Source of the DNA: an uncultured Nitrososphaerota archaeon
GTDB taxonomy: Archaea; Thermoproteota; Nitrososphaeria; Nitrososphaerales; Gagatemarchaeaceae
DNA: 64,000 nucleotides
Direction of reading: 5' to 3'
NCBI GenBank assembly: GCA_963718895.1
Contig: CAVRAG010000008.1
Location: 416,001 to 480,000, forward strand
In this document: positions 42,647 through 52,566 of the stretch, in pieces
Layout: each line of letters begins with the position of its first letter
Position numbering within the stretch: position 1 is the first letter of the stretch
Notes under the pieces: generated by a model
Databases searched by the model: none
What the model was told of the DNA's origin: nothing
Seen by the model: the letters and a program-made list of their open reading frames with translations, nothing else
Position numbers and translations under genes: made by a program

Positions 42647-44251
42647 TCAGCCCTGTCGGGTCGGGGGTCTCTTGACGACGTAGCCTATCGCCAGCCCAGC
42701 CAGCAGAAGGACGACCATCACTGCGTATGCCCAGTCCGGTATGGAGGATGTTGTCTGGGTCATGGTGCTGGTCGTGGTCTGGGTCGTCGTGGCCGTGTTG
42801 GTCAGGGTGGTGGTTGGCCCGGTAACCGTGCTCGTTGGTCCACTAACTGTGGTGGTTGGCCCGGTAACCGTGCTCGTTGGTCCACTAACTGTGGTGGTTG
42901 GCCCGGTAACCGTGCTCGTTGGTCCACTAACTGTGGTGGTTTTAGTGGTCGTTGTGGTCGTGGTTGTCGTGGACAACGGACCCGTGGATGAGGTCGTCGT
43001 TGTCGTAGTCGTAGCGGTGTTGGGGATGTAGGAGAACCTGTAGATGCTCGTGAAGAAGGACGGCGTCCCACTGACGATTGTGAAGTAGGTCGCTGTCAGC
43101 GTATATGTCCCCGGAAGGGCCCAGGACAGACTAGGAGTGAACTTACCGCTGAATGCCCCATTCGCTGAAATGGTGACCGTCTGGGTGAACACTGTCGCGT
43201 TTACTGGATTCGTGATTTGGAGCGAGAGCGTACTCCCAGCAGCGGACGGCGACCCTGTAACTGTTCCCGAAATGGTACCCGTCGCGTTTCCCACATAACT
43301 GTTGGAGTTTGTGGCCGCATTGACAGCGTACGCCGGGGGGGTTGTAGCCGTGGTCGAGGTGGATGTGCTCGTCGTCGTGCTTGATGTCGAGGTTGTTGTG
43401 CTCGAGGATGTGGTAGAACTTGTGCTTGATGTCGTCGTCCTTGATGTGCTCGTCGTCGTGCTTGATGTCGAGGTTGTTGTGCTCGAGGATGTGGTAGAAC
43501 TCGTGCTTGATGTCGAGCTGCTGCTCGAAGCGGAGGAAGTTGTGGAGGACGTGCTTGAGGATGAACCATACGTCTGGCCGCTGAAGGTCAGTGTGTACGT
43601 GCTCATGTCAGTCACCATGTGGTCCCCTGGCGACGAGAACTCGCCGACCCCAAATCCAATCTCAATCGTGGAACCCACCCCCAGCTTCAAGTCGTACGGA
43701 GAGGCTCCGGACAGAACGAACGGTCGGTAGCACTCCACGGTATACTGCCCGTTGGATACTATGCCTGTAAGGGTCAGACCGCACACCGACTGCACCTTGT
43801 AACCTAGGGAGTCTACCGTGGACGGGGTCACCGTATCCGTTGATACGAATTCGTCAACGTTGCTCTTGAACGATGTACTGGCGAGTATCATCATCGTGGG
43901 CGTGCTCGAGCTCCCCATGACCTGGGTATTATTCAGGTAACCGAGCTCTATGCCGCCGAAGCAGGCCGCGTCTGTGCAGATGAACGCAGACGTGTGCCAG
44001 ATCATCAAGAAGAGCCAGCCCGTCCCGTTCTGCTTGGCCGCAAAGGTAATTCCTGATTGAGGCTCATTTATGGTTTGTGTGTCAGCCCACTGGGAAGATT
44101 GGTATGGGCTCTTGACGTTGACCGCAATCGTAGACTTGTATGCGGTGATCGTGGTGGGTGCCCCTTTTGCCGTGCCAATGGCGACCCCGGAGGCCAGAAT
44201 CATCAGAACGACGACAGTAAGAGCCAGAGCACTGTTGAATTTCGTCCCATT
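42647..44251 (-). CDS. Secreted DOMON-like (putative Met/His b-heme) protein with Ser/Thr-rich stalk and C-terminal TM
   Basis: Signal peptide MNGTKFNSALALTVVV; W.D...A..NG..LF.M.W, QVMG, YTVECYRP and GDHM motifs; S/T linkers; IPDWAYA anchor. Confidence 0.6.
   Translation of the reverse strand, partial: NGTKFNSALALTVVVLMILASGVAIGTAKGAPTTITAYKSTIAVNVKSPYQSSQWADTQTINEPQSGITFAAKQNGTGWLFLMIWHTSAFICTDAACFGGIELGYLNNTQVMGSSSTPTMMILASTSFKSNVDEFVSTDTVTPSTVDSLGYKVQSVCGLTLTGIVSNGQYTVECYRPFVLSGASPYDLKLGVGSTIEIGFGVGEFSSPGDHMVTDMSTYTLTFSGQTYGSSSSTSSTTSSASSSSSTSSTSSTTSSSTTTSTSSTTTSTSRTTTSSTSSTTSSSTTTSTSSTTTSTSTSTTATTPPAYAVNAATNSNSYVGNATGTISGTVTGSPSAAGSTLSLQITNPVNATVFTQTVTISANGAFSGKFTPSLSWALPGTYTLTATYFTIVSGTPSFFTSIYRFSYIPNTATTTTTTTSSTGPLSTTTTTTTTTKTTTVSGPTSTVTGPTTTVSGPTSTVTGPTTTVSGPTSTVTGPTTTLTNTATTTQTTTSTMTQTTSSIPDWAYAVMVVLLLAGLAIGYVVKRPPTRQG
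42807..42941. repeat. Perfect 42-bp tandem repeat x3.2 (encodes TTTVSGPTSTVTGP)
   Basis: GTGGTGGTTGGCCCGGTAACCGTGCTCGTTGGTCCACTAACT at 42807, 42849 and 42891. Confidence 0.95.
43362..43515. repeat. Near-perfect 81-bp duplication in the Ser/Thr linker
   Basis: GATGTGCTCGTCGTCGTGCTTGATGTCGAGG... at 43362 and 43443. Confidence 0.9.
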
Positions 44252-44342
44252 CATCAATTTCACTCTTGCCAATTGCACTCTCGCCAGCTTCACTCTTGGT
44301 GATTCGGGTTCCTCGAAGTACGCAGGTTCCGGCGCCTGACGA

Positions 44343-46218
44343 TCAGGCGGGAATCTGCGTGTGGTTTGGCAGGGAGGCTGCGTGCGCGCCGGCGTACTGC
44401 CCCATGACCATAGCCTCGGGGAAGTTCCCACCGCTGTGGTACAGGTAGCCGAAGATTGAACCAAGCTCGCCTACGGAGTATAGCCTGGGGATTGGGTTGC
44501 TGTACACGTCGATGGTTCGGCCGTACTGGTCGTGCACTGGGCCTCCGTTCGTGTTCAGACTACCGATGCACAGCTCCAGCGCGTAGAATGGTGGTTTGCT
44601 GATGGCCCCCATTCCAGCGGCCGGCCTGCCGAAGTCCGAGTCGACTCCGGAACCGGCGTAGCTGTTGAAGTTGGTCAGGGTTGTGGCGAGATTGGTGGTG
44701 TTCATGTTACGTCCGTCCGAAGTAGTCGTAAGCTGACGATGCTGTTGCCGAGCGTTGTTATGTCTGGGGCCGAGATAAACCATCCCTTCGCCAGCTCCAC
44801 GCTGTTGTCGCTGCTCCACGTGTAGTGTGCCGTCTGATGTAGTGCCTTACAGCGCCACCCCACGACCCGGAGGCCAGAGCGCCCGCAGACATGAGTTGGC
44901 TGTCGAAGATCAGCCAGAATGGAGTGTTGGGATAGTCGACGTAATCGGTAGTCACCGACTCGGCTAGCGCCGAAGCCGGTAGGTTCGATGGCAATCCGGC
45001 ATACTGGGGGCTGTAAGGAGCTACATTCGCTGACAACCCGTTGAGCTCCACGAAGTTGATCGGTCGGCAGAAGCTGTGCGGTGTGGCTGCTGACAATCCA
45101 CTCGTTCATGAATCTCTTGCCGTACCTGTTCACGATGAAGGCTACCTTGCTGCTTGCGCTCTTGCTGCACTGGAATCCAAATCCGAGCTCTTTGCACGCG
45201 GCCTTGCCCCATAGCCAGATCCGGTCCACTCCTTGTTGTTCATGTGCCAGAGCGCGGCTCCCACACTCTGAGCCATGGTTATCCCGTCTCCGGTGTTGTA
45301 CGGCGTACCCCAGAATGAGAGGAAAGGCGCGTTCGAATGCGCCCATGGCTCGAATTGGTTCCTCATCGCGTTGTTGTTCTCGAACCCGCCGCAGGCAAGG
45401 ATTACCCCCTTGTTGGCCTGGATGTTTAGCGTCGCACCCATCCAGTTTACTGCCTGGACGCCCAGTATTTCCTTGGTGTTGGGGTCCTGAATCAGCCTCT
45501 CCGCCGGCGTTGACTGCAGCACAGGGATTTTCCTCGAAGCAACGCAGCTCTCCAGGAAGACCATTGTGTCGAGGCCCTTGCCCTGCCCTCCGGTGGGGGT
45601 TTGGATGAAGCAGTAGCTCTGCCAATTCGCCTTCGACTGGAAGCTGGGGTTGACGAAGCCTGTCACAAGGGATCTCGGCACTGCTGATGTGGTTGCAACG
45701 TAGATGGTCTTGCCTCCGAGGCCCGCGATCCAGGAAGGCCAATTGGCGATGCCTTGGCAGAGGGCAGCAATCAATTCGTCATCGTCCACTGTGCCATAGT
45801 GGATCATCTTGTGGTAAGTTATGAAATCCTGTACGGAGCCGCCATTCGATGCGAGCACGGGAGAGAACACTTGGCCTCCACAAACGCCGCTATTGCCGCA
45901 GTCGGCGGTCGGTGCCTTGTCAAGTACGATGACGCTCGCTCCGGCATCATGCGCCGTTATGGCAGCGGCGCAACCTGCCGCTCCTTGCCCTACTACCACC
46001 ACGTCAGCGGTGTAGTCCCAACTTGACGGAACAGAAGCTGGTTGTGCTCTCCTGGTTGAGCTGGCTTCGAGCGCCTTCGCGCCTGCTGTTGCTGGTGCAC
46101 CTGCGACGTGAGGGATGAGCGTCGTTGCTCCTGCCACAACTCCCAGCGCTGCGGCGCCTACGGCCGCAGTTCCCACGAACTGTCGTCTTGATATCTTAGC
46201 TGTTGACTCAGACGCCAT
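44343..46218 (-). CDS. Tat-exported FAD-dependent oxidoreductase (flavocytochrome c/KstD/fumarate-reductase-like), frameshifted
   Basis: ISRRQFVG Tat motif, VVVGQGAAG, LACGGFE, NTGDG, NTNGG and IPRLYSVGE. Confidence 0.85.
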
Positions 46219-46418
46219 ATCTAATCTTGGAGTTAAAGCGCTTCAATCAGTACTTAGGCGAGACGTAACATGTGCACTCAAGCCGACGTCCTTTGCACAC
46301 AAGTGCGGGGCGGAAGGAGATGTCCGAAAACGAACCTCACGCCCGAACACCACAAGGTGCAAGACCCTCCTGAAGGATTCACTACGGGAAGAGTGGTTGA
46401 AAGCGAAGAACATCCCAC

Positions 46419-46649
46419 ATGAAGACTGGGATCTACTTCATCGGGTACAGCCGGTCACCAAGCACCACCGAGGAGATGCTACAAAACATGTTCGTGGGTA
46501 AGCCTCCGGGCAACTATAACAGGCTTCTGGACTTCAGCCGGGCCGTCGCTGGGGTCTGTTCTTCGTGCCATCCGCGACATTTCTGGAGGGAGTCGGTGCT
46601 ACCAACGCCAAGTCTCTTAGAGGTAACCGTCTCGATTAAGCACGATTGA
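46419..46649 (+). pseudogene. DyP-type peroxidase C-terminal fragment
   Basis: GIYFIGYSRSP..TEEMLQNMFVGKPPGNYNRLLDFSRAV matches the DyP C-terminus; no N-terminal part is present. Confidence 0.75.
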
Positions 46650-46816
46650 AACTGAGTGATCTCACCAGGTCACCATGGTAGGTTTGATGGGACAAGTGAG
46701 ATTTGAACCTAAAGTCGGACTCCCGCCCGGGACACTTGAGCCCACAGGTCGAGTTCCCGCGTGGCCCTTCATGGGGTTTCTTGTTTTTTGCATTTTGAAC
46801 TCGAGAAGGGATGAAC

Positions 46817-47010
46817 GGGTCCTGGTTGACTTTCCTCTCCTAAACCAAACTGAGAACTGGATGTGTGTACGGTCCTGTTGGAAGATGATGCTGGACTATG
46901 CTAACAAACACATGTTGACAGAACCGAAACCATCTCTTGACGAAGAGGTAATCTCCGAGATAGTCAACACAACTAGGAGTGGCGCATGTTTGATGAATGT
47001 TGCTTACTAA
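46817..47010 (+). pseudogene. Peptidase C39-like N-terminal remnant
   Basis: VDFPLLNQTENWMCVRSCWKMMLDY...EEVISEIVNT (Q-x5-C pattern), truncated. Confidence 0.45.
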
Positions 47011-47356
47011 ACAAAGAAAAATCTATTGTGTCGGCCGTGCCTTCCTTCAAGGCGGGGCCTCACAGGATGGCAATAAGCTCTGCCGTGCTATGGGACAAGC
47101 GTCGAAGCCATGGGTCAGCGCTCGTTCTTGGCCGAGTCTATCGCGGGACTCGACGGTCTTCCTTGGGGATTAACGCGCGCACGGCTAGCGCTTCCCGCCG
47201 CCTCTGGAAGGGTGGCGAAGTAGACATCTAGGATGTCCTTGTAGCAGTTCAATCCCCTTGTTCCTCCGAAAAACGTCCCGGGGGGTTAGTCAAGAGACTG
47301 ATGCCCTCCCCCTAGGGTCCCGGAGCGATCACTCTCCATGACCACACATTCTCAAG

Positions 47357-48688
47357 CTAGATGCTCGTGACGATCAGATACGTGTTGAATATGAGGATCA
47401 GGGTGACGCTGACCAACGCGGCGAGCGTCGTGGCGTGACTGTTCACGAACTCCCCCATGAACTTCTTCTTGGAGGTGTAATAGACGAGGGGAATCATCGG
47501 CAGGGGGATCATCAGGCTCAGGACTACCTGACTGTAGACAAGCAGGTGGAGGGGATCGATTCCCAGCAGGACCGCGATGGTGGTGGGGAAGACGTTCACG
47601 AATCTCGTCACTATTCTCCTCGCCCAGATGTTCCAATGCTTGCCGATGAGCCCTTCCATTATCACCTGGCCCGCGATCGTCCCGAGGGTCGACGACGAGA
47701 GGCCCGATGCGAGAAGGGTCACGACGAAGACGGTGCCGACCACCGGCGCGAATATCGTCCCGAGCTGCGTCACAGCCTGCCCTATGGTGATGTTCACGTT
47801 AGGGTAGAGGGGAATCGCGACGAGCAGTATGCCTACGTTTACGATCCCGGCGATCGTCAGCATCACCACCGTCTCCCACTTATGGAGGTTCAGCGTCCTG
47901 TGTCTCTCCTCCGGTGTGAACTGATTGTCGCCCTCCTTCGCCCCGGGGATCTTCCTACCCGTGAGGTCCATCTTGTTCTTCGCCAGCCAGGAGTGAACGA
48001 ACAGGGCGTGGGGCATCACTGTCGCCCCGATTATTCCTACCACCAGAAGGAGAGCGTCGCTGCCCAGAGGGGCGATCGTGACCGAGTGGATTGCGACCTG
48101 GCCCAGATCGGGCTTGACGACGGCCAGCTGCCAGAGGAACCCGACGACGAGGACGCTGACGAGGAGCATGAACATCCGTTCTATGATGTGGTATCTCCGA
48201 GTCATCAATGTCATTATCAGCAGCACGTCCAGGGCGCCGAAGATGGCTGCGTACAGGAGAGGCACCCCGAAGAGCAGGTTCAGGGCTATCACGGTCCCGA
48301 GATACTCTGCTAGGTCGGTCGCAGTCGCGGCTGCCTCCGCGGCCAACCAATAGGGCACCACGAAAGCCTTTCGCACCAGCGAGCTCTTGACGAGTTCGGG
48401 CAGGGATCGGTCGGTGGCTATCCCGAGCTTGCCGGACAGGTACTGGAGAATCATGGCCATCGCCGAAGCGAGCCAGACCGCCCAGATGAGGTCGTACTTG
48501 AAACCGGCCCCGCCGGCCAGGTCTGTGCCGTAGTTGCCGGGGTCCATGTACGCTATTGACACCATCAGAGCTGGGCCTAGGTAGACGAGGAAATCGTGAA
48601 GACGACGGCGGGCCTCAGTCGGAGGCCGGATGGTTCCCTTGATGATGTCCTCCGGCGGTTCAAGTGTCCTCCTCTTGGGTCCACGCAT
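47357..48688 (-). CDS. mntH: Nramp divalent metal (Mn2+) transporter
   Basis: [16 protein letters not shown] and GQVIMEG motifs. Confidence 0.95.
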   Translation of the reverse strand: MRGPKRRTLEPPEDIIKGTIRPPTEARRRLHDFLVYLGPALMVSIAYMDPGNYGTDLAGGAGFKYDLIWAVWLASAMAMILQYLSGKLGIATDRSLPELVKSSLVRKAFVVPYWLAAEAAATATDLAEYLGTVIALNLLFGVPLLYAAIFGALDVLLIMTLMTRRYHIIERMFMLLVSVLVVGFLWQLAVVKPDLGQVAIHSVTIAPLGSDALLLVVGIIGATVMPHALFVHSWLAKNKMDLTGRKIPGAKEGDNQFTPEERHRTLNLHKWETVVMLTIAGIVNVGILLVAIPLYPNVNITIGQAVTQLGTIFAPVVGTVFVVTLLASGLSSSTLGTIAGQVIMEGLIGKHWNIWARRIVTRFVNVFPTTIAVLLGIDPLHLLVYSQVVLSLMIPLPMIPLVYYTSKKKFMGEFVNSHATTLAALVSVTLILIFNTYLIVTSI

Positions 48689-48721
48689 CTACTCATGGAG
48701 ACGATAACATATGTATTTAAC

Positions 48722-48773
48722 TTAGATGTATCTAACACTTATCGAGATATCTAATTTATTTAGACTGACATAA
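48722..48773 (-). promoter_or_regulatory. Triple DtxR/MntR operator array abutting the mntH1 TATA box
   Basis: TTAGATGTATCTAA (48722), ATCGAGATATCTAA (48741) and TTAGACTGACATAA (48760); TATA TTAAATAC at 48720-48713. Confidence 0.75.
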
Positions 48774-48841
48774 ACCTCTTTGGCGGTCCTAATCCCTTCG
48801 AGGTCTGGGTGGAGGCTGCGAAGAGAGTGTTGTTCGTCAGG

Positions 48842-48970
48842 TCAGTCCTCACAGGTCCCGCACAGCTTCGGCGGGAGGAAGTGCATTACGCCGTTGCTGT
48901 CGCGGTAGACCTCGTAGTCCTCGGTTTTGAGCTTGCGTGCGGGTTCTTTCTCTTTCTTCGTCTCGGTCAT
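48842..48970 (-). CDS. 42-aa small protein with C-terminal CxxC (MTETKKEKEPARKLKTEDYEVYRDSNGVMHFLPPKLCGTCED)
   Basis: ATG 25 nt below a TTATAG box (leaderless geometry); below the ORF-track size cut-off. Confidence 0.6.
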   Translation of the reverse strand: MTETKKEKEPARKLKTEDYEVYRDSNGVMHFLPPKLCGTCED

Positions 48971-49480
48971 GGAGGCTCGGGAGCGCGGCCGAGGCTATAA
49001 TGACCGGATTGCAGTGTAGTAGCTAGCTCGAGAGATAGCTGAAAGTGGGCGAGCGGGAACGTAACTTAGTCTGCCCTCTGTTCGAGAGACCTTATCCAAT
49101 TTCCGTCGTTTTCGGGTAAGGTATGTCGGTCATTGCAACCGTTGACGTCGGCTATCATCACCAGTCAGGCCGGACCCAAGTCCACAACAACGTTCTGAAC
49201 CCCGAAAACCGGTTCTCTACCTCCATTTGTTCAAGCACGGTTTGTCGTTTCGCAATTCCTCCTTAAACGCGTCCGCCCGCTCTGTTGATGGATTCAGCCG
49301 GTCCCCCGTTCTTCCTTCCAGGATCGGACGCTATTCCCTGACTGAGGATCTATCCCCGCGGCGGCGCTCGTCTCCAACGGGCGGATAGTCAATAACCTCT
49401 GTAGTCCAACATGTGACTTGAAAATCAATCAGACCAGAGGTGAGAGTTCGACGGTGAACCCAGGAAAGCCAATCGCCCTC

Positions 49481-49921
49481 TCACGTTTCCAGCTTTTCTG
49501 CCATCGCAGCCAAGTAAGTCTGATTTTTCCGAAGAAAGTCCACCATCCGCTCTATCTTGTGAATTGTCATTGGGTGCAGGTAATGTTCGATTCCTTCAGC
49601 ATCTTCGTCCGCCACCCGTTTCTCCACGTCGATCATGGATAGAAACTCTGAGATTATTGCATGTCTTGAGATTACCGATTTTGCGATCTTCGCGCCCTCG
49701 TCCGTCAACCTGATGCTTCGGTAGGGCTCGTGCACCAGGTAATCCTTTGCGGCCAGTCTCCGCAGCATAATAGAGACCGTTGGGGGTCTGACTCGAAGCT
49801 TCTCTGCGATTTCTGCCGTGCTTGCATAGCCCTTTTCTTGGATCAGATGGTAGATTACCTCGAGGTAGTCTTCCAGCCTCGAATTCCCTCCTCGCTGCTC
49901 AGCCTGGTTAGCTCCCGCCAA
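49481..49921 (-). CDS. mntR: DtxR/MntR family metal-dependent regulator (no FeoA domain)
   Basis: LEDYLEVIY, wHTH, RH..I.EFL and DAEGIEH motifs. Confidence 0.92.
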   Translation of the reverse strand: MAGANQAEQRGGNSRLEDYLEVIYHLIQEKGYASTAEIAEKLRVRPPTVSIMLRRLAAKDYLVHEPYRSIRLTDEGAKIAKSVISRHAIISEFLSMIDVEKRVADEDAEGIEHYLHPMTIHKIERMVDFLRKNQTYLAAMAEKLET

Positions 49922-49978
49922 TTCATCCCTCGCTTGCAGAGAAGCAGGTAGCCGCGCATTAAAAGGGTTTTTGAAAAG

Positions 49979-50030
49979 TTAGGCGCACCTACAAAATGAT
50001 GAGTACTATAATCATGTTAGAGTCATCTAA
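49979..50030 (+). promoter_or_regulatory. Triple DtxR/MntR operator array between mntR and mntH2
   Basis: TTAGGCGCACCTAC (49979), GATGAGTACTATAA (49998) and TTAGAGTCATCTAA (50017); TATA TTTAAATA at 50032. Confidence 0.75.
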
Positions 50031-50065
50031 GTTTAAATAACTGATGTAACTCTCTCTCAAGAGCC

Positions 50066-51360
50066 ATGCGTGCGCCTTGGAGTCGGTCTCTGAAATCACC
50101 AGAGGAACTCGAGGCAGAGAAGGAGGAAAGGGTTCGCAACCACATTTCTCCGCGCGCCGTGCTCGTCTATCTCGGTCCCGCCCTGATTGTCAGCATGGCC
50201 TACATGGATCCGGGGAACTATGGGACAGACATCCAGAGCGGCGCTTCATTCGCGTACGACCTTCTGTGGGCGGTCTGGATGGCCAACCTGATGGCCATGG
50301 CGTTGCAGTACCTTTCCGGGAAGCTGGGAATTGCGACTGGGAAGGACCTCGCCCAGGCTAGGTCCGCGGATCCCTCAAGACGAGGAAGCTAATCATTCCC
50401 TATTGGCTGGCTGCAGAGGCAGCGGCGGCGGCGACGGACCTCGCCGAGTACCTGGGTACCGTCATCGCGCTCAACCTGCTCTTCGGGGTGCCCCTCCTGT
50501 ACGCAGCCATCTTCGGCGCGGGCGACGTGATTATCCTCCTGGCGCTGACGTCAAAACGCTTTCGGGTCATCGAATACTTCTTCATGCTCTTCGTTTCCAT
50601 GATAACCATAGGTTTTCTCTATCAGGTAATCCTGATAGGGCCGAACCTGTCTAACATCATGTACCACTCCGTTGCCGTGTCAATCAGCGGCAAGACCGTC
50701 CTGCTGGTGGTCGGGATAGTGGGCGCAACAGTGATGCCGCATGCGCTCTTCGTCCACTCCACGCTCACAAGGAACAAACTGACCACGGCGAGCATTGAGG
50801 AGAAGAGGAGGCACCGGAGGCTACACCTCAGGGAGGTCGTCGGTACCCTCACCATCGCCGGTCTCGTCAACGTCGCAATCCTCGTCTCGGCCGCGGCCGC
50901 TTTTCATGCCAACTACAGCGGTGTATCCACGATCAACCAGGCCTACGAAGTGATGGTGCCTCTGTACGGCTACCTTGCAGGTACCGTATTCGCACTGACG
51001 CTGCTCGCTTCGGGCCTCGCTTCTTCCACCACGGGCACGCTGGCGGGCATGGCCATGATGGATGGGCTGTTGGGGACTCATGTAAACAAGAACCTCCGTA
51101 GGATCGTGACGAGATTGATCAACGTCTTTCCCACCACGATCGCCGTCTTGATAGGGCTCAATCCTCTGTCACTGCTGATTTACAGCCAAGTGATTCTGAG
51201 CCTGATGATACCACTACCGATGATTCCTTTGATTATCTACACGAATAGTAGAAAGGTGATGGGCGAGTTCGTGAACAGGAAGATCACCACGATTCTTGGG
51301 ATTCTCTGTGCCGTCACCATCATCTCCCTGAACATCGCGCTGCTCTACAACGCGCTTTAG
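50066..51360 (+). CDS. mntH: Second Nramp transporter (frameshift ~50360)
   Basis: AYMDPGN and MPHALFVHS motifs; paralog of 47357-48688. Confidence 0.92.
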
Positions 51361-51690
51361 GGCGTTGATCGGGCAGCAGGTCACAGGTACCCTCAAGGCG
51401 CTGCTCCTATGGGGACGTCGGAAGCGGGTGGTAAGAGTGATCGAGTTCTTTCCCACCCGCGAAGACTATGCGAAGAAGTTCGGCACCTGACCTTTACGAG
51501 AAAACCTTCCAGGGTTCCCTGATGGGATTCCCACCTTCGCGCAGAACTCTCGAAAGCGAGGGTCCTTTCGCAGCTCTTCGAAGAATGGGAGGTATCTGAT
51601 CAGATAGTGCCAAGAGTGTGTCTCGGTCTGGTCCACTTGGACTCGGCGGTTCTGGCGACTGCCGATCGGTGCTTCAGGTTCGGACGGGTT

Positions 51691-52188
51691 CTAGGTCTTC
51701 ACCACTATTTCGCCTTGGTGGCTGGGGTGGTAGGAGCAGTAGTATGGGTAGACCCCAGGCTGAGTGAACGTGAAGGTGTACACTTGGTTATGGGACAAGT
51801 CTCCACCGGAGAATGTTCCGTTCACCGAGACCACATCGTGAACGATCGTATCCTGATTGACCCAGACCACAGTGTTGTTGACTCCAATCATGACCGTCAC
51901 GTTCCCGGGCTCGAACTGAGCGTAGGGATATCCCCACCCGTACGGTATGTAGACATAGGTCGCGTTGGGCGGAGGGACAGCCACAGAAGTCGTGGTCGTG
52001 CTGATTGAGGTAATGCTGCCATAGTTTGTGAAAGAGTACATCTGACTCGATATCGTCACCGTTCGTGAAGAGAGAGGATTGACGTAGACGAATGCGATCG
52101 TGGCGATGATTAGAATCAGAGCAACAAGAGGTCCTCCGTCGCGTTTGAGCGTTCGATTCCTTGTCTCGCGAGAGGTTTCCAAGTTCAC
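51691..52188 (-). CDS. Membrane-anchored cupredoxin with His at the axial position
   Basis: VWVNQDTIVHDV ... YCSYHPSHQG. Confidence 0.88.
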   Translation of the reverse strand: MNLETSRETRNRTLKRDGGPLVALILIIATIAFVYVNPLSSRTVTISSQMYSFTNYGSITSISTTTTSVAVPPPNATYVYIPYGWGYPYAQFEPGNVTVMIGVNNTVVWVNQDTIVHDVVSVNGTFSGGDLSHNQVYTFTFTQPGVYPYYCSYHPSHQGEIVVKT

Positions 52189-52191
52189 ATC

Positions 52192-52368
52192 TCACATTCC
52201 GATAGACTCGGTGTCCGTATTCCAGAAAGCGGTTTGATTCCGCATCGCTGCGTTGGGAGGTGTGGCTATTCCTCCGACTCCCGATCCTGCCTCGCCGCCG
52301 AGCGCGGAGAAGGATTTGTCTTTGCCTGGGCGAGCCAGATATCTAGTAAGGGAAGACAAGAGCTCCAA
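52192..52368 (-). CDS. Putative 58-aa leaderless small ORF
   Basis: TTG 25 nt below TTAAATAG; stop 3 nt before the cupredoxin start. Confidence 0.35.
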   Translation of the reverse strand: MELLSSLTRYLARPGKDKSFSALGGEAGSGVGGIATPPNAAMRNQTAFWNTDTESIGM

Positions 52369-52407
52369 TCACACTTCGGCGAGGCTGTTTGTCTATTTAA
52401 TCGGGAC

Positions 52408-52423
52408 GTTTACTTTTGTAATT
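52408..52423 (-). promoter_or_regulatory. TTAC-N4-GTAA site A
   Basis: GTTTACTTTTGTAATT, 9 nt upstream of the minus-strand TATA at 52400-52393. Confidence 0.75.
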
Positions 52424-52566
52424 CACGAAGCCCTGATGCAAGGTACACTGGCCAGTGATGCTTCGGGTACATGGGCGCTGCGCGATTCTCTTTGCTAATC
52501 TAACGGGGAAGTGAAACAACAGGATTGTGGTTGGACGAACTCATCGCGTATGCGTCGAGAGTGAAC

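Noticed and set aside
42807-42941. Possible CRISPR array
   Set aside because: Contiguous in-frame repeats without unique spacers, inside a Thr-rich coding linker; no cas genes.
46915-46925. TTGACAGAACC identical to the putative IS right end
   Set aside because: Lies within the C39-like reading frame with no upstream TnpB-like sequence; may be chance.
49010-49470. Long non-coding gap as a possible ncRNA or Mn riboswitch
   Set aside because: No recognisable yybP-ykoY or other RNA motif by eye; needs an Rfam search.
51365-51490. 41-codon ORF ending IEFFPTREDYAKKFGT, reminiscent of an archaeal RelE-like toxin C-terminus
   Set aside because: Too short and weak; no antitoxin partner.
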